Positions 40,439-53,198 of a DNA stretch of 64,000 bases are shown here, in pieces. This DNA is from Eledone cirrhosa (Eukaryota), in contig OZ024740.1 of the NCBI GenBank assembly GCA_964016885.1, positions 252,836,001 to 252,900,000 of the forward strand, read 5' to 3'. The notes under the pieces are model-generated. The model was not told where the DNA came from, searched no databases, and was given only the letters and a program-made list of their open reading frames with translations. Each line of letters begins with the position of its first letter. Position 1 is the first letter of the stretch. A program made the translations under genes and the position numbers.

Positions 40439-41459
40439 CTAAAAAATATAGAAGGAATATCAAATATATGATAAAAGTATCAATTGTACATTATACTGTC
40501 TTTCCTAAAACAACTGTAACCACATATTTTACAATACTTCAAACTATATTATTGGGGTTTATTTGTTGAAAAATTTAGGAATATAGGTACAGGTGGCCAA
40601 AGGAGATCTATTATCGTATTTTATCCATTACCATGAGTTAAACAAGTTATGCTCTGAGACTAGATGGTTCAAGGGACATTGTTCCTACAGCTGGATTCCC
40701 ATCCTAATACCAACAATTTTATAGATCATAGAGGACACTAATTTGCACCATTCTTATCATTCTCTCCCCCTACACCTTCCTCAATCTTAATTTTCATCCC
40801 CCCTCATCACCAACTAAATATACCACCTTAGACCACCTCCCATTTACATCGTCCATGTCCAACTTGCATACTTGTTCCACTCACATCCCAACCATCAACT
40901 TTCACACACTTGATACACCTCTCCTGTCCAGTCCATACAATTAATTATGGAAATCTGGACACATCTTACTTGCTCTCTCACAGTGCTGCTGCCATGACAA
41001 AAAATACCCAGTCCACCCTGTAAAATGGTAGTGTTGTTGCCATGACAAAAAATACCCAATTTACTCTGTAATGTGGTTGTGTTGTTGCCATGACAAAAAA
41101 TACCCAGTATACCCTGTGGTTGTGCTAGTAACACAATGAAAAAGCACCTAGTCCACTTGTAATGTGGTTGTGTTGGTGACAAAATGAAAAAAACACCCAG
41201 TCCAGGCCTTAATGTGGTTGACATTAGGAAGGGCAATTCAGCCATAGAAACCCAGCCCCAAACAGCTTTATATGAGCAAGACATGGTCTCCTGACCTGAG
41301 TTGTTTCATAATATTACAACCTGTCTAACCCATGCGTGATGGTAATGACAGTGGTGGTGATAGTGATGATGGTAGTGAGGAGGAGAAAGAGGAGGATTGA
41401 AGAAGAGAAAAGTAAACACAAGTGAGATGGAAAAATGAATGTTTCAATACTTTAATTAC

Positions 41460-41673
41460 CATAAAAGCCAGGTTTACATTCACAGGTAAACTTATTAATC
41501 CCGTCTCTACAGATGGTATTATTCCATGGACAAGAACTTGTTGAACAATCATTAATGTTTGTTTGACACCTGCTACCCTTAAAACCTTTAGTGCAGTTAC
41601 ATTCATAGTTATTTACCAAATTCTTACAAATACCATCATTCAGACAGGGTTGTGATAGACATTCATCGATATC
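41460..41673 (-). CDS. EGF-repeat gene exon B
   Basis: ttgcag|GAT ATC GAT GAA...TAT G|gtaatt. Encodes DIDECLSQPCLNDGICKNLVNNYECNC...CECKPGFY. Two cbEGF repeats, phase 0-1, 214 nt. Confidence 0.93.
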
Positions 41674-42479
41674 CTGCAAAAAAAAAAATAAAGGTACCCA
41701 AAATTAAAATATAACTTTTGTTTAGTTCTTTTTTTTTTACTCACTTCAAATCAAGCAATAAAACCACTAAAATGCAAGGGGTTACTGAGAAGGGGAAAAA
41801 AACAAGACAGAGAACATAATTCAAGGAGAGAGATGATGATAATTGATGTTGCTTTTGAATTTTTGCAAAATGTAGTGGTCAGGAAACAAAGAAGCCAGAA
41901 GAAAATTCCATAGGTGAGATATGCGAAAGAAGAAACTATAAGAATAGAATTTGAATTTGCAATTGCATTTAGGGATTTCAACTGTAAATGGATAAGACCT
42001 AGCTGCCAAACTGGTGTACTGTTGTCTCATATTCACAAGTTTAAATGAGGAAAGCTCGTCAGAACAATTCCTATGGGAATATGGTATTATTAACTTCACA
42101 GGTACTTAGATTTAAGTTATACATGGTAATATTAGCTTCATAGGAATTTTTAAACAATCAAAATAAGTTTTCATAGGACAATCAGTGTCATAAGAGGTGA
42201 CTAAAGGGGTTGATATCAGGAAGGATATCCTGACCATAAAAAGGGTTGGAATCAGGAAGTGGATCTATCCAACTATATAATATTGCCCCATCCCCAAGAC
42301 ACCATAAGTATGAAGTCTATGATAAGACATTTAAGGTTAACTTATGATAAATATAAAGTCTGTGATAATACCTCTAAAACTAATTCCTGCTTTATCAGGG
42401 AAACTGGTCTTAAAACATGTTTTTGTTGTTGTTAATTATAAATAAATAAATAATTAATAAATAAATAAAGAAACCATTA

Positions 42480-43893
42480 TCTATACATATATATAAAACT
42501 GAAATTGTCTGTGTGTGTGTCCTAATTTTTGCAAAGTTTATACAAATCCACATTTCTACTCCGATTGACTTCAAACTTGCATTTGTATATTCCTTGCGGT
42601 CTAAAGATATTAACTGCAGCTTTTATTTTTCAATTTTCTGTTGTTAAAGGGGTGTTAGGCGCCGGTTATCGATCTCTCTCTCTCTTTCTTTTTAGATAGA
42701 TACATAGCTATTACGTCGCGCTCTTATAATATGTCTGTATGTCTGACATTACGACATTATGACAAACATTGTTCTCATTGCTGACGCTATTTTCTGTTCA
42801 TTGCCAGGGAACGTCTTCACGAACCAAAGTATCATCTTCCTGTTTTCCTTCAGTTGCAACGTTTTTCGAAATATTTACTTCTGCGTTCACAGATTGATTT
42901 TTTTTTAGTTTCAGAAGATCCCGTTAAGGGTGAAAGCACACGTTGTAAGCAATGTCAATGTTACTGCTGCTACATAGGACTCCTATTACCACTGAACTTT
43001 CACCTTTGCATTCTGCATTTCCATCCGCAAACCAACATGGAATGGTCTTCATAGTAGTCAGTTTATTGAGGGAGAAACAGAAGTGTCTTGAATTTGCCGT
43101 CCAAAAACCCCATTGACAATAACGAAAACCGCTAACATCAACGAGGATTGATACATTGTAGGTCACTATAACCCGTCTTTTATTAATTAAAAAACTTCTT
43201 GCCAATAAACATTAACCCTTTGTGTGCCATTCATCTAACTGTAGACCAACAAATACCAACTAAACAGATCGTTGACAAGAATGATGGCGAATGAATCTTC
43301 GAGGTAAGCAGTTTGCTCCTGAGCTGTTAGTTCACGCGGGATTCTCTGCTACACCTTTTCATAATAATACCGAACAACGTACTGCTGGTCACTCCTTCCT
43401 CCAAAAGCCGTACAAAGCGGACATGTGCACTGGGAAGATGGATCGGGTGCAAATCTACACCAGGCCTATGCGAGAAATTCACAAGGGACTGCACCGAGAG
43501 GGATAGAGAGAAAGAATAACTTAGTGGAAAGAGTGCGAATGAACTTTTGAGGTAAGTAGCCTACGCCTTACTGCTATTGCACTGGAACCTTCTGCCAACT
43601 TAACCCGAGACTTTCTCTTTCACATTTACTCCAATAGGCCAAAATAGAGTGGAAACGCCAGGGGACAACTGTCACAGATGGAGTATGAAAAGAAGGGGCT
43701 CAACAATATTTCTATGAACAATGCACGTAGACAGCTAAACTGTACTTTCAACTTCTTAATTTTCTCCAAATAAAACAAGTTTCCTGTCGGTATATTTTCA
43801 TGAGTTTTTAACAGGCACTCACAAATAAACGTTTCTCATTGGAGGTGCTATTACCAATGTTCTTACCCATGCAACGCCGGGATACACTGCTAG
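42480..43893 (+). mobile_element. Non-autonomous Helitron (related family)
   Basis: A|TCTATACATATATATAAAACTGA…cccatgcaacgccgggatacactgCTAG|T. Inserted between A and T. Confidence 0.78.
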
Positions 43894-44935
43894 TTATTAA
43901 TAAAGAAACCATTGATTATTATTTCACCTGTTTCAGTCATTAGCCTGCAGCCATGCTAGAGCACAACTTGATTATAATGACTCCTAGTACTTAGTTTATT
44001 GATCTGTATTTGTCTGACTACTGTAAGGTGCTGTCATGAAACACAAACATTAAATATGGCAAACATATTTATCGACACATACAGACTCAGCTTCAATCCC
44101 ACTAAATGGAACACGAGTCTTTCATCATAATATCCATTCAACTTAAATAGGGTAGACAAACTGCGTGGAACCCTATCAGATGGATTTTACCTGTACTTCA
44201 AAGTGTCACACTGATTTGGTTTAGGAACTATGTTAAGAGTACACATACCTGTGGAATACTCAACCACTTACACATTCATTCATGAGCTAAATGCATTGTT
44301 GATCAAACTCCCGAGTACTTATCATTGAAATCAATAGAGGAATCATTGTCATCCAGAAATACATACAACAAATAATCAAAATTAACAGTGTATTTTATTG
44401 ACTTCAGAAGAATGAAAGGTAAAGTTGATTTTGGTCAAATTTGAACTTAGAACATAAAGAGCTGTAACTAATTGCTGCAAAGCATTTTGCCCAATCTTCT
44501 AATGATTCTGCCACTCCACCAATCAACAATAACATCCTATCCTATCCTCGGTCGTTCAGTAGGATGACCCACTGATTCTACAAGTCGCTTCCATTCGCCA
44601 TGGTCATTCATGATGGTCTTGAGTTCCTCTACTGTCACCATTTGTGTATCTTCTAGCAGTGTCCACATAAGTGATTGTTTTCCTTCCTCTACAGGTTCCT
44701 CAGTAGGTTGCCAGAATACTAACTTGTTTGCCAGCTCATCAATAATAACAAACAGTTTAAGGCCATAAAACCTTGAAAGCACCACAACAGGTTTCATACC
44801 CATCATAGGGTATGAAACCTATTGTGTAATAGGTTTATTATTTGCAGTAATGTTTTATAGCTAAATGCCCTTCTTAGCACCAACCCTTTTAGTCACCTCT
44901 TTTAAGTTGAAATTTAAAAAAAAGACAATACTGAC

Positions 44936-45075
44936 CTCACACAGTTTCCCAGCAGATCCTACTGGGCACTCACACGTATAAGATCCATGAGTATCCACAC
45001 ATTTGTGTCCACCACAGGGCTCTAATAACTCTTTACATTCATCAACATTTGTAGAACAGTTTTGACCTTTGTAAC
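44936..45075 (-). CDS. EGF-repeat gene (Crumbs/Notch-like), exon A (most 5' exon found)
   Basis: ttttag|GT TAC AAA...TGT GAG|gtcagt. Encodes (G)YKGQNCSTNVDECKELLEPCGGHKCVDTHGSYTCECPVGSAGKLCE. Phase 1-0, 140 nt. Confidence 0.9.
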
Positions 45076-46675
45076 CTAAAACAGAAGATATCATCATAAT
45101 GACAGCAGACCGAGACAACCATATTGAAATATGGCTGAGATAAATGACTAGAAGATATTTAGCGGAGGAAGTGATAAAATATGTAATGATGATGGTTGTT
45201 GGGAGAAAAAGTAGCAAGAGTTCAATGTGGAAGGAAGCCATGGAAGAGGAAGACCAAGAATGACTTGGACAGAAGTGGTGAATGCTGACCTAAAGAAACT
45301 GAATCTCATAAAAGAGGTGCCGAAGGAAAAAGACAACAATAGATAACCTATATAAGCATGGGAGGAGGAGAAGAAGGCAGATGACGATGAGAAAAAGGAA
45401 GAGGAGGACTAATAAGAGAAAGAGGAAGAAAAAGAGGGAGATGGGGAGGGAGAGGAAGAAGAAGAGGGAAAGGGAAGGAAGAGGAGGCAGAAGTGGAGGA
45501 GGAAGGGAAAGGAGAGGAAGAAGATGGGGAAGAGGAAGATGGGGGAAAAAGAAGAAGAAGAGGAGGCAGAGAAAGAAGAAGAATAGAAGAAGGAGGAGGA
45601 TGACGATGATACTAGTAACAAAAACATCTTTTATACCTCTATACAAAATAAAGAAAAAAGAAAGAAGCCAATTGTCAGACTGGATCAAGGAAATGTTTTT
45701 ATTGGTCTTTCCATTGCTAATATTGTCTGCTAGTCATAGGAGGCGGTATTTGAACTGAGGATGGGTCCGATATTGTAAAGCATCCCAGCCATCATTTGAA
45801 CAATCTTGCCATTCCATTGCCATACAAATGAAGGTATCTTAGCATGACCTCTTCAATTGCAGCTATCTTACATTTGATACATGAATTCTAAGAGAAGACT
45901 TTCTGTGTTCTTGGTCTCTGGACCACCTCCCTAAACACTACTACCAGGGTGGAGTTGGCCACCCAAAGGAGTGAGCCCCTCAAACTGGAATGGCTATTCT
46001 AACATGTCTGTGTTGCCATCCTCTGGAGCAAAGTTTTCTCCATTCTATTTGCTGGGACCATGAGGCGGCACACACATGGTCTCCGACATACCACGTATGC
46101 CTGTATGCTGAGACAAGGCATTTGAATTCAGTTTAGTACACATACACATTGTTGTTGATAAAATAAAGTACCTGTAATGTACTGGGTTTGATTGAATCGA
46201 CTTTCCTCTCTCCCCAAAAATTGTTGGACTTGTCTAAATCAGAAACCATTATTATCGTTGACAATTATAGGTAGAGCATCAGACTAAATATCTTGCAATA
46301 TTTAGTTACAATTCTCTAGTTTGCTGATTGTCTCTATTAAAATAAATATTTTGAACATTTCTAATAAATTGGAATGTTTGTGTGGCAGAGGGACAAATAG
46401 TTGTGTACAGTTTTTACAATATAAATTATAAAGCAAACATTTTACTGCAGAGAATTTGTCTGGAGAAAGCGCAAAGTAATTTGACTGAAACTTTAAAGAA
46501 AACCTCATCTGATAACTTAAAAACTGATTTAACCCTTTCATTTTAAATAACATAACATTTATTTATTACCTTAAAGCTACTAACATCCTAACACATTATC
46601 AAATATTTCTTTCCCCTAATATATATATATATATATATAAATAAGAAATTAAAAGATGGTTAAAAAAGTTCCATA

Positions 46676-46745
46676 TATTTTATTATGCACATTTCGAAAA
46701 CAACATCATACTGGGACAAAAATTGTGTTCTCATCAGATAAAATA
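46676..46745 (-). ncRNA. Type I minimal hammerhead ribozyme motif
   Basis: UAUUUUAU-CUGAUGA-GAACACAA…UUGUUUUC-GAAA-U-GUGC-A-UA-AUAAAAUA. 8-bp stem I, 7 of 8 pairs in stem II, AUA cleavage triplet. Confidence 0.75.
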
Positions 46746-46967
46746 AGGTAACATGATATGAGGCCTAAAAACACTGGACACTTTCTTGGAATATATGGAA
46801 CTTTTTTAACCATCTTTTAATTTCTTTATATATATACTCCAGTTCTACCAACTGTTGAGTGCTACTTATCTGATATATGCATAGTTTTATTGTTCTACAA
46901 TATTACTCACCTCCTACATATATACATATATATATATACATATATAAATACATACATATATACATAT

Positions 46968-47392
46968 CAGGGGCGAAGGATGTGTGCATGCAATGCATGC
47001 AGTGCATGCGTTATAGAAGCTTGAGTTGATCATTTGCGTCGGTTGAAGCAAGCAGAATTTTGGCTGCTTACTAAAACGTATAAACACAAAAAAAGATAAC
47101 ACACACACACACGACAGCTTTGGGGCAAGCAGAATTTTGACTGCTTACTAAAACGTAGACACATAAAAAGACACACACACACACACACGACGGCTTTGGG
47201 GCAAGCAGAATTTTGACTACTTACTAAATCGTAGACACATAAAAACATAACACACACACACACTAGATAACACTACATGCGGCTTTGACCGGGAGAAGAG
47301 GGAATTGGGGGGGGGGGGGGGGCTGCACAGCTCCACTTTCCGCCATGGCGATTGGACTGCACGCCCTGCTTTCCAGGTTACCTTCGCCACTG
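46968..47392. mobile_element. hAT-type MITE
   Basis: TIRs CAGGGGCGAAGG / CCTTCGCCACTG. 8-bp TSD atacatat (46960-46967 and 47393-47400). Three internal ~75-bp repeats. Confidence 0.8.
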
Positions 47393-47419
47393 ATACATAT
47401 ATATATACATACATATATA

Positions 47420-50400
47420 TCATCATCACCATTTAACGTCCATTTTTTAACACTAACATCGGTTAGATGAGTTGTCCTGCTGTGAGAAATATCAGGCCAT
47501 GCCTTGCTCATACGGAACTGCTTTTGATTTGGTTTCTACAGCTGGATGCCCTCCTAACACCAACTGCATTTACAGTGTGTGATGGATGCATGTTGTTGTG
47601 ACACCTACACAACCACTTTACAGTGTGTGCTGGGTGCTTTTAATTGTGACCCCTATACGACCACATTAGTGTGGGCTGGATGCCTTTTATCATGACACCT
47701 ACACAACCACTTTACAGTGTGGGCTGGGGACTTTGGTGGGAGATGTGTGTGGGGATTGGGGAGGTGGGTAATTGGGCGTGTGCGAGGGGTGAAAGCGAAG
47801 GTGGTGCACACTGGATGTATACTTCAGCCAGTGCCCATAGGAGGTGTATGGAAGGGGTGGAGTGGAGGTGAAGATGGTGCATACTGTATGTGTGCTTCAG
47901 TCTGCGCTCATGAGGAAGCGGGTCTTCAGTATTACTGCATGACACCAGAGATTTCAGTTCTGTGAGAGATGCAATTGTGCAAGGTTAGCTTCTATCAATT
48001 CATCCCGGGTCTTGCCACTCCATGGCTTCCATCAACTTTGAACACTCTGCACCTTTTTATACAGCTGTCATACTTCATATGCCTCACATGTCCATACCAA
48101 TGCAGTCTCCTCTCCTACACACTGCATCTGATTCCTCTTATGCCTAGTTTCTCTCTCAGTTCATTTATGCTTTGCCGTTCGCGTATATTACTATTACACA
48201 TCCTTCAGAGTATGCAAGCTTTATTTATTTCCAATCTTCCCAAGTCCTCTGCACGCAGCACCCATGCCTCACTACCATGCAACATAGCTGTTCGTACGCA
48301 TGCATCATACAATCTGACTTTCATTTTGTGAGAAGAGCCTTTTGCCACTAGCAGTTTTAGTAGCTCCCTGTACTTCTTCCATCTCGTTCTCACACTGGCT
48401 ACTATATTTTCGGAACACCCGCGCCCACTACTAATTTGGTCACCCAGGAAGCTGTCTACTTCTACTGAACCTTCCCAGAATTTGATAGCGCTTGTTTCCT
48501 GTGGTTGTTTGCTGCTTACGGCTCTGGTGCAACAGCTACATGTAAAGCCTATGTGTTTTTAGCTAAACTACCTGAGATCCCACTAAATATCTTTTGTACT
48601 CATAGTTTGCCTTTGAGACAACTACTTCTTACTCTTGCTCAACAAGGTCACCCTAAGCCAGCGGTCTCACAGCAGCGCCCTCCATCGCTGCTGATCTGTG
48701 CCAGCTGCTCTGTATCCTCCAAGGTGATGTCAAGCCTCCGGAAATTTGATGTGGGGCCTGCCACAGGGCCTCTTCCAGCCTGCAACCACTGCATTGAACA
48801 AGAGTAAGGCCCTGGCAGGTTGATCTGGTGGAAAGTGGAGGCCCTGTTTGTACCAGTGCATGTGGCAGATAGCTATGAGGTTGGAAGCTGTGGGCTGATG
48901 TGTGTGCATATGCAACAATTTGTTGAAAACATGGTGGTACCTTCTGATATTTTTGATGGTCCTCACAGCTCTGCTATCGAAGCTGTCAATGGTTTTAATG
49001 ACGGGCCACATTTCTGCTCCATAGAGGAAAACGGAGAAGACTGATGCATTGAAAATATGGAGAGATTGATCAATGGTGCCAAAAGGGCTTCCATAGGGAG
49101 TGCATGACTCCAGCAGCCAGGCCACATCTGCAGTTTATCTCCAGGGTCAGGTTTCCATTGCTGATGACAGTTGAGCCCAGGTAAATGAAGCAGCTGACAA
49201 ACTCCATGGCATAAGGGCCAATATGAAACATCTTGGCAACTATCCCCGATGGACTGGCTGCTTTCCCGGTCTTCATATCCTTAATTGCCTTACTACATTG
49301 CAGCTGACTTATATGGCTGGGCCCTCTGTTGGGTCTACTTAGGGTAGGCTATCTTTCTCCCATGCATTCTCTTCATTCAATAATCTTTTATAATGGCTCT
49401 TCCATGCTACTTTCTTTTCAGTGTCTGTGAGGGAAAGTACATCTTTATCATTACAGACACACTTCTCACCAATGACATCAGAATTGTCCCTAACGCACTG
49501 CCTCGCAATCCTGAACACCTCATGTTTCTGGTCTTCATGCTGCAAAACATGCTTGAATTTTTTTATCTTCTGCTTCACTCCTAGCTTTGCTCCAGGCATC
49601 TATGTCGTGTACCCTGCTTCCCTCGTTCTTCCATTTTTTTATATGCCTGTCTCTTGGCCTTAATTGTCTCATCTACCTTATTGACCAGGTCACTCTCCAC
49701 AGATCTCATCTTTTGCCTTCAGTAAATTATCTTTCAGGAACTCCCAATGTTCTTCTATATTGAATGTCTCTATTTGTTCTTCCTTACTGTCATAGGCAGA
49801 GCAAAATATCTCTAAATTTGTTACTGGCTGTGGGCTCTTTCAACTTCCATAACCTTCTCCTCCAAGTTGCCCTCTGTCTCCAAGTTCCTCTAGCTTTAAC
49901 AATGAAGTCGCTAACTACTAGATTATGTTGGGAGGTGCATTCCTCACTAAGGAATGATTTCATGTTTACCACCGTCACTATCTGACTAGTATTTTCACCA
50001 GATCTACAGGTGATCAGGTGGTTGTCAGGTTTTTTGAAGTTTGTGTTACATATCGATAGGCGTTGCAGAATTCTAGGAGCCTGAAACCTTCTTCAATTCT
50101 TGTGCCAAACTCGTGGCCACCATGGACTCTGTAGAAGCCATCACAGTGTTTCTCAACGTGTCCATTAAAGTCTCCCCCGATGATTAGTAAGTTGCTGTCA
50201 TCCATTAGCATAGTAGTGTGCATTAGGGATTCATAAAACCTATCTTTGAGTTCGTCTGACATCCCTGATTGGGGTGCATATGTAGATATAATTGTGGTCA
50301 TGTTCTATTTAGGACTATTCTGAGTTTAATGATTCTTGCATTCACTCTATTTACAGAGATTAGCTTATCTACCCATTTATCAGCTAATAAGATACCTACT

Positions 50401-50470
50401 CACCCCCTCCCTCCCAGTCCCTTGTCATTTCCCACCCAGAAGTATTTGTAGCACTTTTTTTCACCTACAA
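47420..50470 (-). mobile_element. Degenerate RTE LINE (PHD family) with its central RT replaced or interrupted by a different RTE-like fragment (~48625-49230)
   Basis: APE remnants at 50014-50301, linker at 49339-49599 and C-terminus at 48205-48393. The unrelated fragment reads FIYLGSTVISNG…VFLYGAEMW…WKRPCGRP. Confidence 0.85.
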
Positions 50471-50724
50471 GATTATATATATATTTATATACATATATAA
50501 ATATATGTATATAAATATATATATATATATAGATAAATCTACCAAGAGTTTACGGTAGTGTCCAATCCGTATGAAGAACTCAATGTAATCCGGATATCAT
50601 GGAAAGAAGAGATGCATTCAAAAATCACTTTCGGTGAAAGATAAACGGAATACAGAGTCAAGATAAAATATTAAAAAATAATGAATAAAACAATGAAACA
50701 GTTCCTTATATTAAACAAAAAAAG

Positions 50725-50877
50725 TTCATTATTTAACGATCGTTTCTAGGACATATATGTGTTAGAATTGGTATGCATATTCAACAGATCTATGTACAAA
50801 ATTATATAAAATTATACAAATTATCAAATATAATATACATACCAACACATACATATGCCGTCTTCAGAAATAATGAA
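50725..50877 (-). ncRNA. Type I hammerhead ribozyme motif with long stem II (Penelope pLTR-type)
   Basis: UUCAUUAUUU-CUGAAGA-[~115 nt hairpin]-GAAA-C-GAUC-G-UU-AAAUAAUGAA. Perfect 10-bp stem I and palindromic loop 3. The base of stem II is imperfect. Confidence 0.7.
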
Positions 50878-51099
50878 ATATATTTATTGATAATAACAAC
50901 AATTCAAAATTACAGATCTGTTTGGGAACAGAGTTCAAATTGACCAATGAAATACACAAAAATATATCAAGAAAATACAGTTAGGTGTGTGTATATATGT
51001 AAGTAACTTCGTTCACAGATATGCATAAAAATATATGTTCACATGCATACGCATGTCGAAAAAATGTATGTAAATACAAAAATTCAGGGCTAATGTCTC

Positions 51100-51226
51100 T
51101 GTATGTTTATAATCTACAGATAAAATACACATACGCATATAAACATATATAGATTCATGTATACACACATATATATACATTCACACACACACGCGCATAT
51201 ACACATAAACATACACATACCCACAA

Positions 51227-51296
<70 letters not shown>

Positions 51297-51924
51297 GTAT
51301 ATATTATTATTATAACTATATGGATATTTAGGCGCACACATAAACACTGCCACATATATTTTTACATCCAAATGCAGAAGTGGGTAAGGGGGTCAGTAAT
51401 TACTAAGGGTGTCAGAACTGCCTATTTATAAAATGTATCTATAAATTTAGAAATAAATATATTAAAAAAAATATATAAACAAGTAAAATATATACTCATA
51501 CATAAAATACACACCGATATACATATATATATATACACATACACATATACATATATATATATACACATACATATATAGACATATACATACACACATACAT
51601 ACACAGACACATAAAAACACACATATATATATACATATATTCACAACACACATACATATATACACATATATGTATACACACATATATATATATACACATA
51701 TATACATACAGACACATATATATACACACATATATACACACATATATACATATATATATATATATACACACATATATATATATATATACACACACACACA
51801 TACATATACGTATATATACACACACATACACATATCCATGTATGTATATACACATACAACCACACGCTCACACAACTCAGACATACATAAATAAAGAGAT
51901 ATACATACACACATATACACACAC

Positions 51925-51955
<31 letters not shown>

Positions 51956-52010
51956 TATACATACACATAAATATATATACACACACACACACACATATAT
52001 ACATACACTC

Positions 52011-52055
<45 letters not shown>

Positions 52056-52250
52056 TATAAATATATATAAAAATAAATAAATAAATAAATAAATACACAC
52101 AGTCAGACAATTATGCACACATATATATATATATATACATACACACATCTCTACAAATATATATACACACATACACACGCACACATACATATATACATAC
52201 ACACATACTTATATATAGACATACATATACACACATATATATACATATAT

Positions 52251-52287
<37 letters not shown>

Positions 52288-52400
52288 CAATCATAGACAC
52301 TTATTTACATGCGCACATATGTATTTTTATACTCACATATAAACACCCAAACAGACATACCTACTTACATACACATACATTCATCCACGCTTACAAATAC
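51100..52400. repeat. Compound (CA)n/(TA)n/(TACA)n microsatellite
   Basis: Direct inspection. Confidence 0.95.
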
Positions 52401-53198
52401 AAATAATTATATGGGGGGGGGGGGATTAAAATTATTAGTGGGAAATAGTAAATATAGGTTTCAAGGAACATAGAATATTAATCTGCATTTAGATCATAAT
52501 ATATGTTTACATAGTAGTTTCAGTATTAGGAAATGTAAGAAAGAAGGCAAAATTATGTATTTTAATATAAGTAGACTATTAATTAAAGGTTAACTAAATT
52601 AAAATTAGTTAATATATTGATTTCTAAGGTGTATACTACTTAGGTTTATAATATTTGAAGCGGAATTTTGAAGTTAAACAGTAGTAGAGTATTAATAATA
52701 TCATAACTAAATTAAAATATTAACATTATGGCATCAATATTAGGAAATGAATTTAGTAATAGGGAAAACCAAATCAATTATTTCATCGGTAGTAGAATAT
52801 AAATTATAGGTTAACTAAATTAAAAAATTATATATTAATTTCTATAGTATATGTTAATTAGGTTTATAATAATTAAAGCAGATTTTGTATTTTATCTCAT
52901 CATCATCATCATCATCACCGTTTTACGTCCGTTCTTCCACGCTAGCATGGGTTAGACGGTTGTCCTGTTGTGGGCAGTGTCTGGTCGGCTGACCATGCCT
53001 TGCTCATACAGGAACTGATCTGGCTTGATTTCTACAGCTGGATGCCCTTCCTAACACCAACCTCATTTACAGTGAGTGCTGGGTGCTTTTTCGTGGCGCC
53101 TACACGTCCACTTTACAGTGTGGGCTGGGTGCTTTTTTGCCGTGGCACCTCCACGACCACCTTGCGGTGGGGGGGGGGGGGCATATTGTTTATATGCT

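Noticed and set aside
45290-45758. Arg/Lys-rich and Leu/Phe-rich ORFs
   Set aside because: Purine-rich low-complexity tract following an RTE 3' fragment.
51114-52406. Long YI/CV-rich ORFs (also 60403-61349)
   Set aside because: Translations of (TA)n and (CA)n microsatellites.
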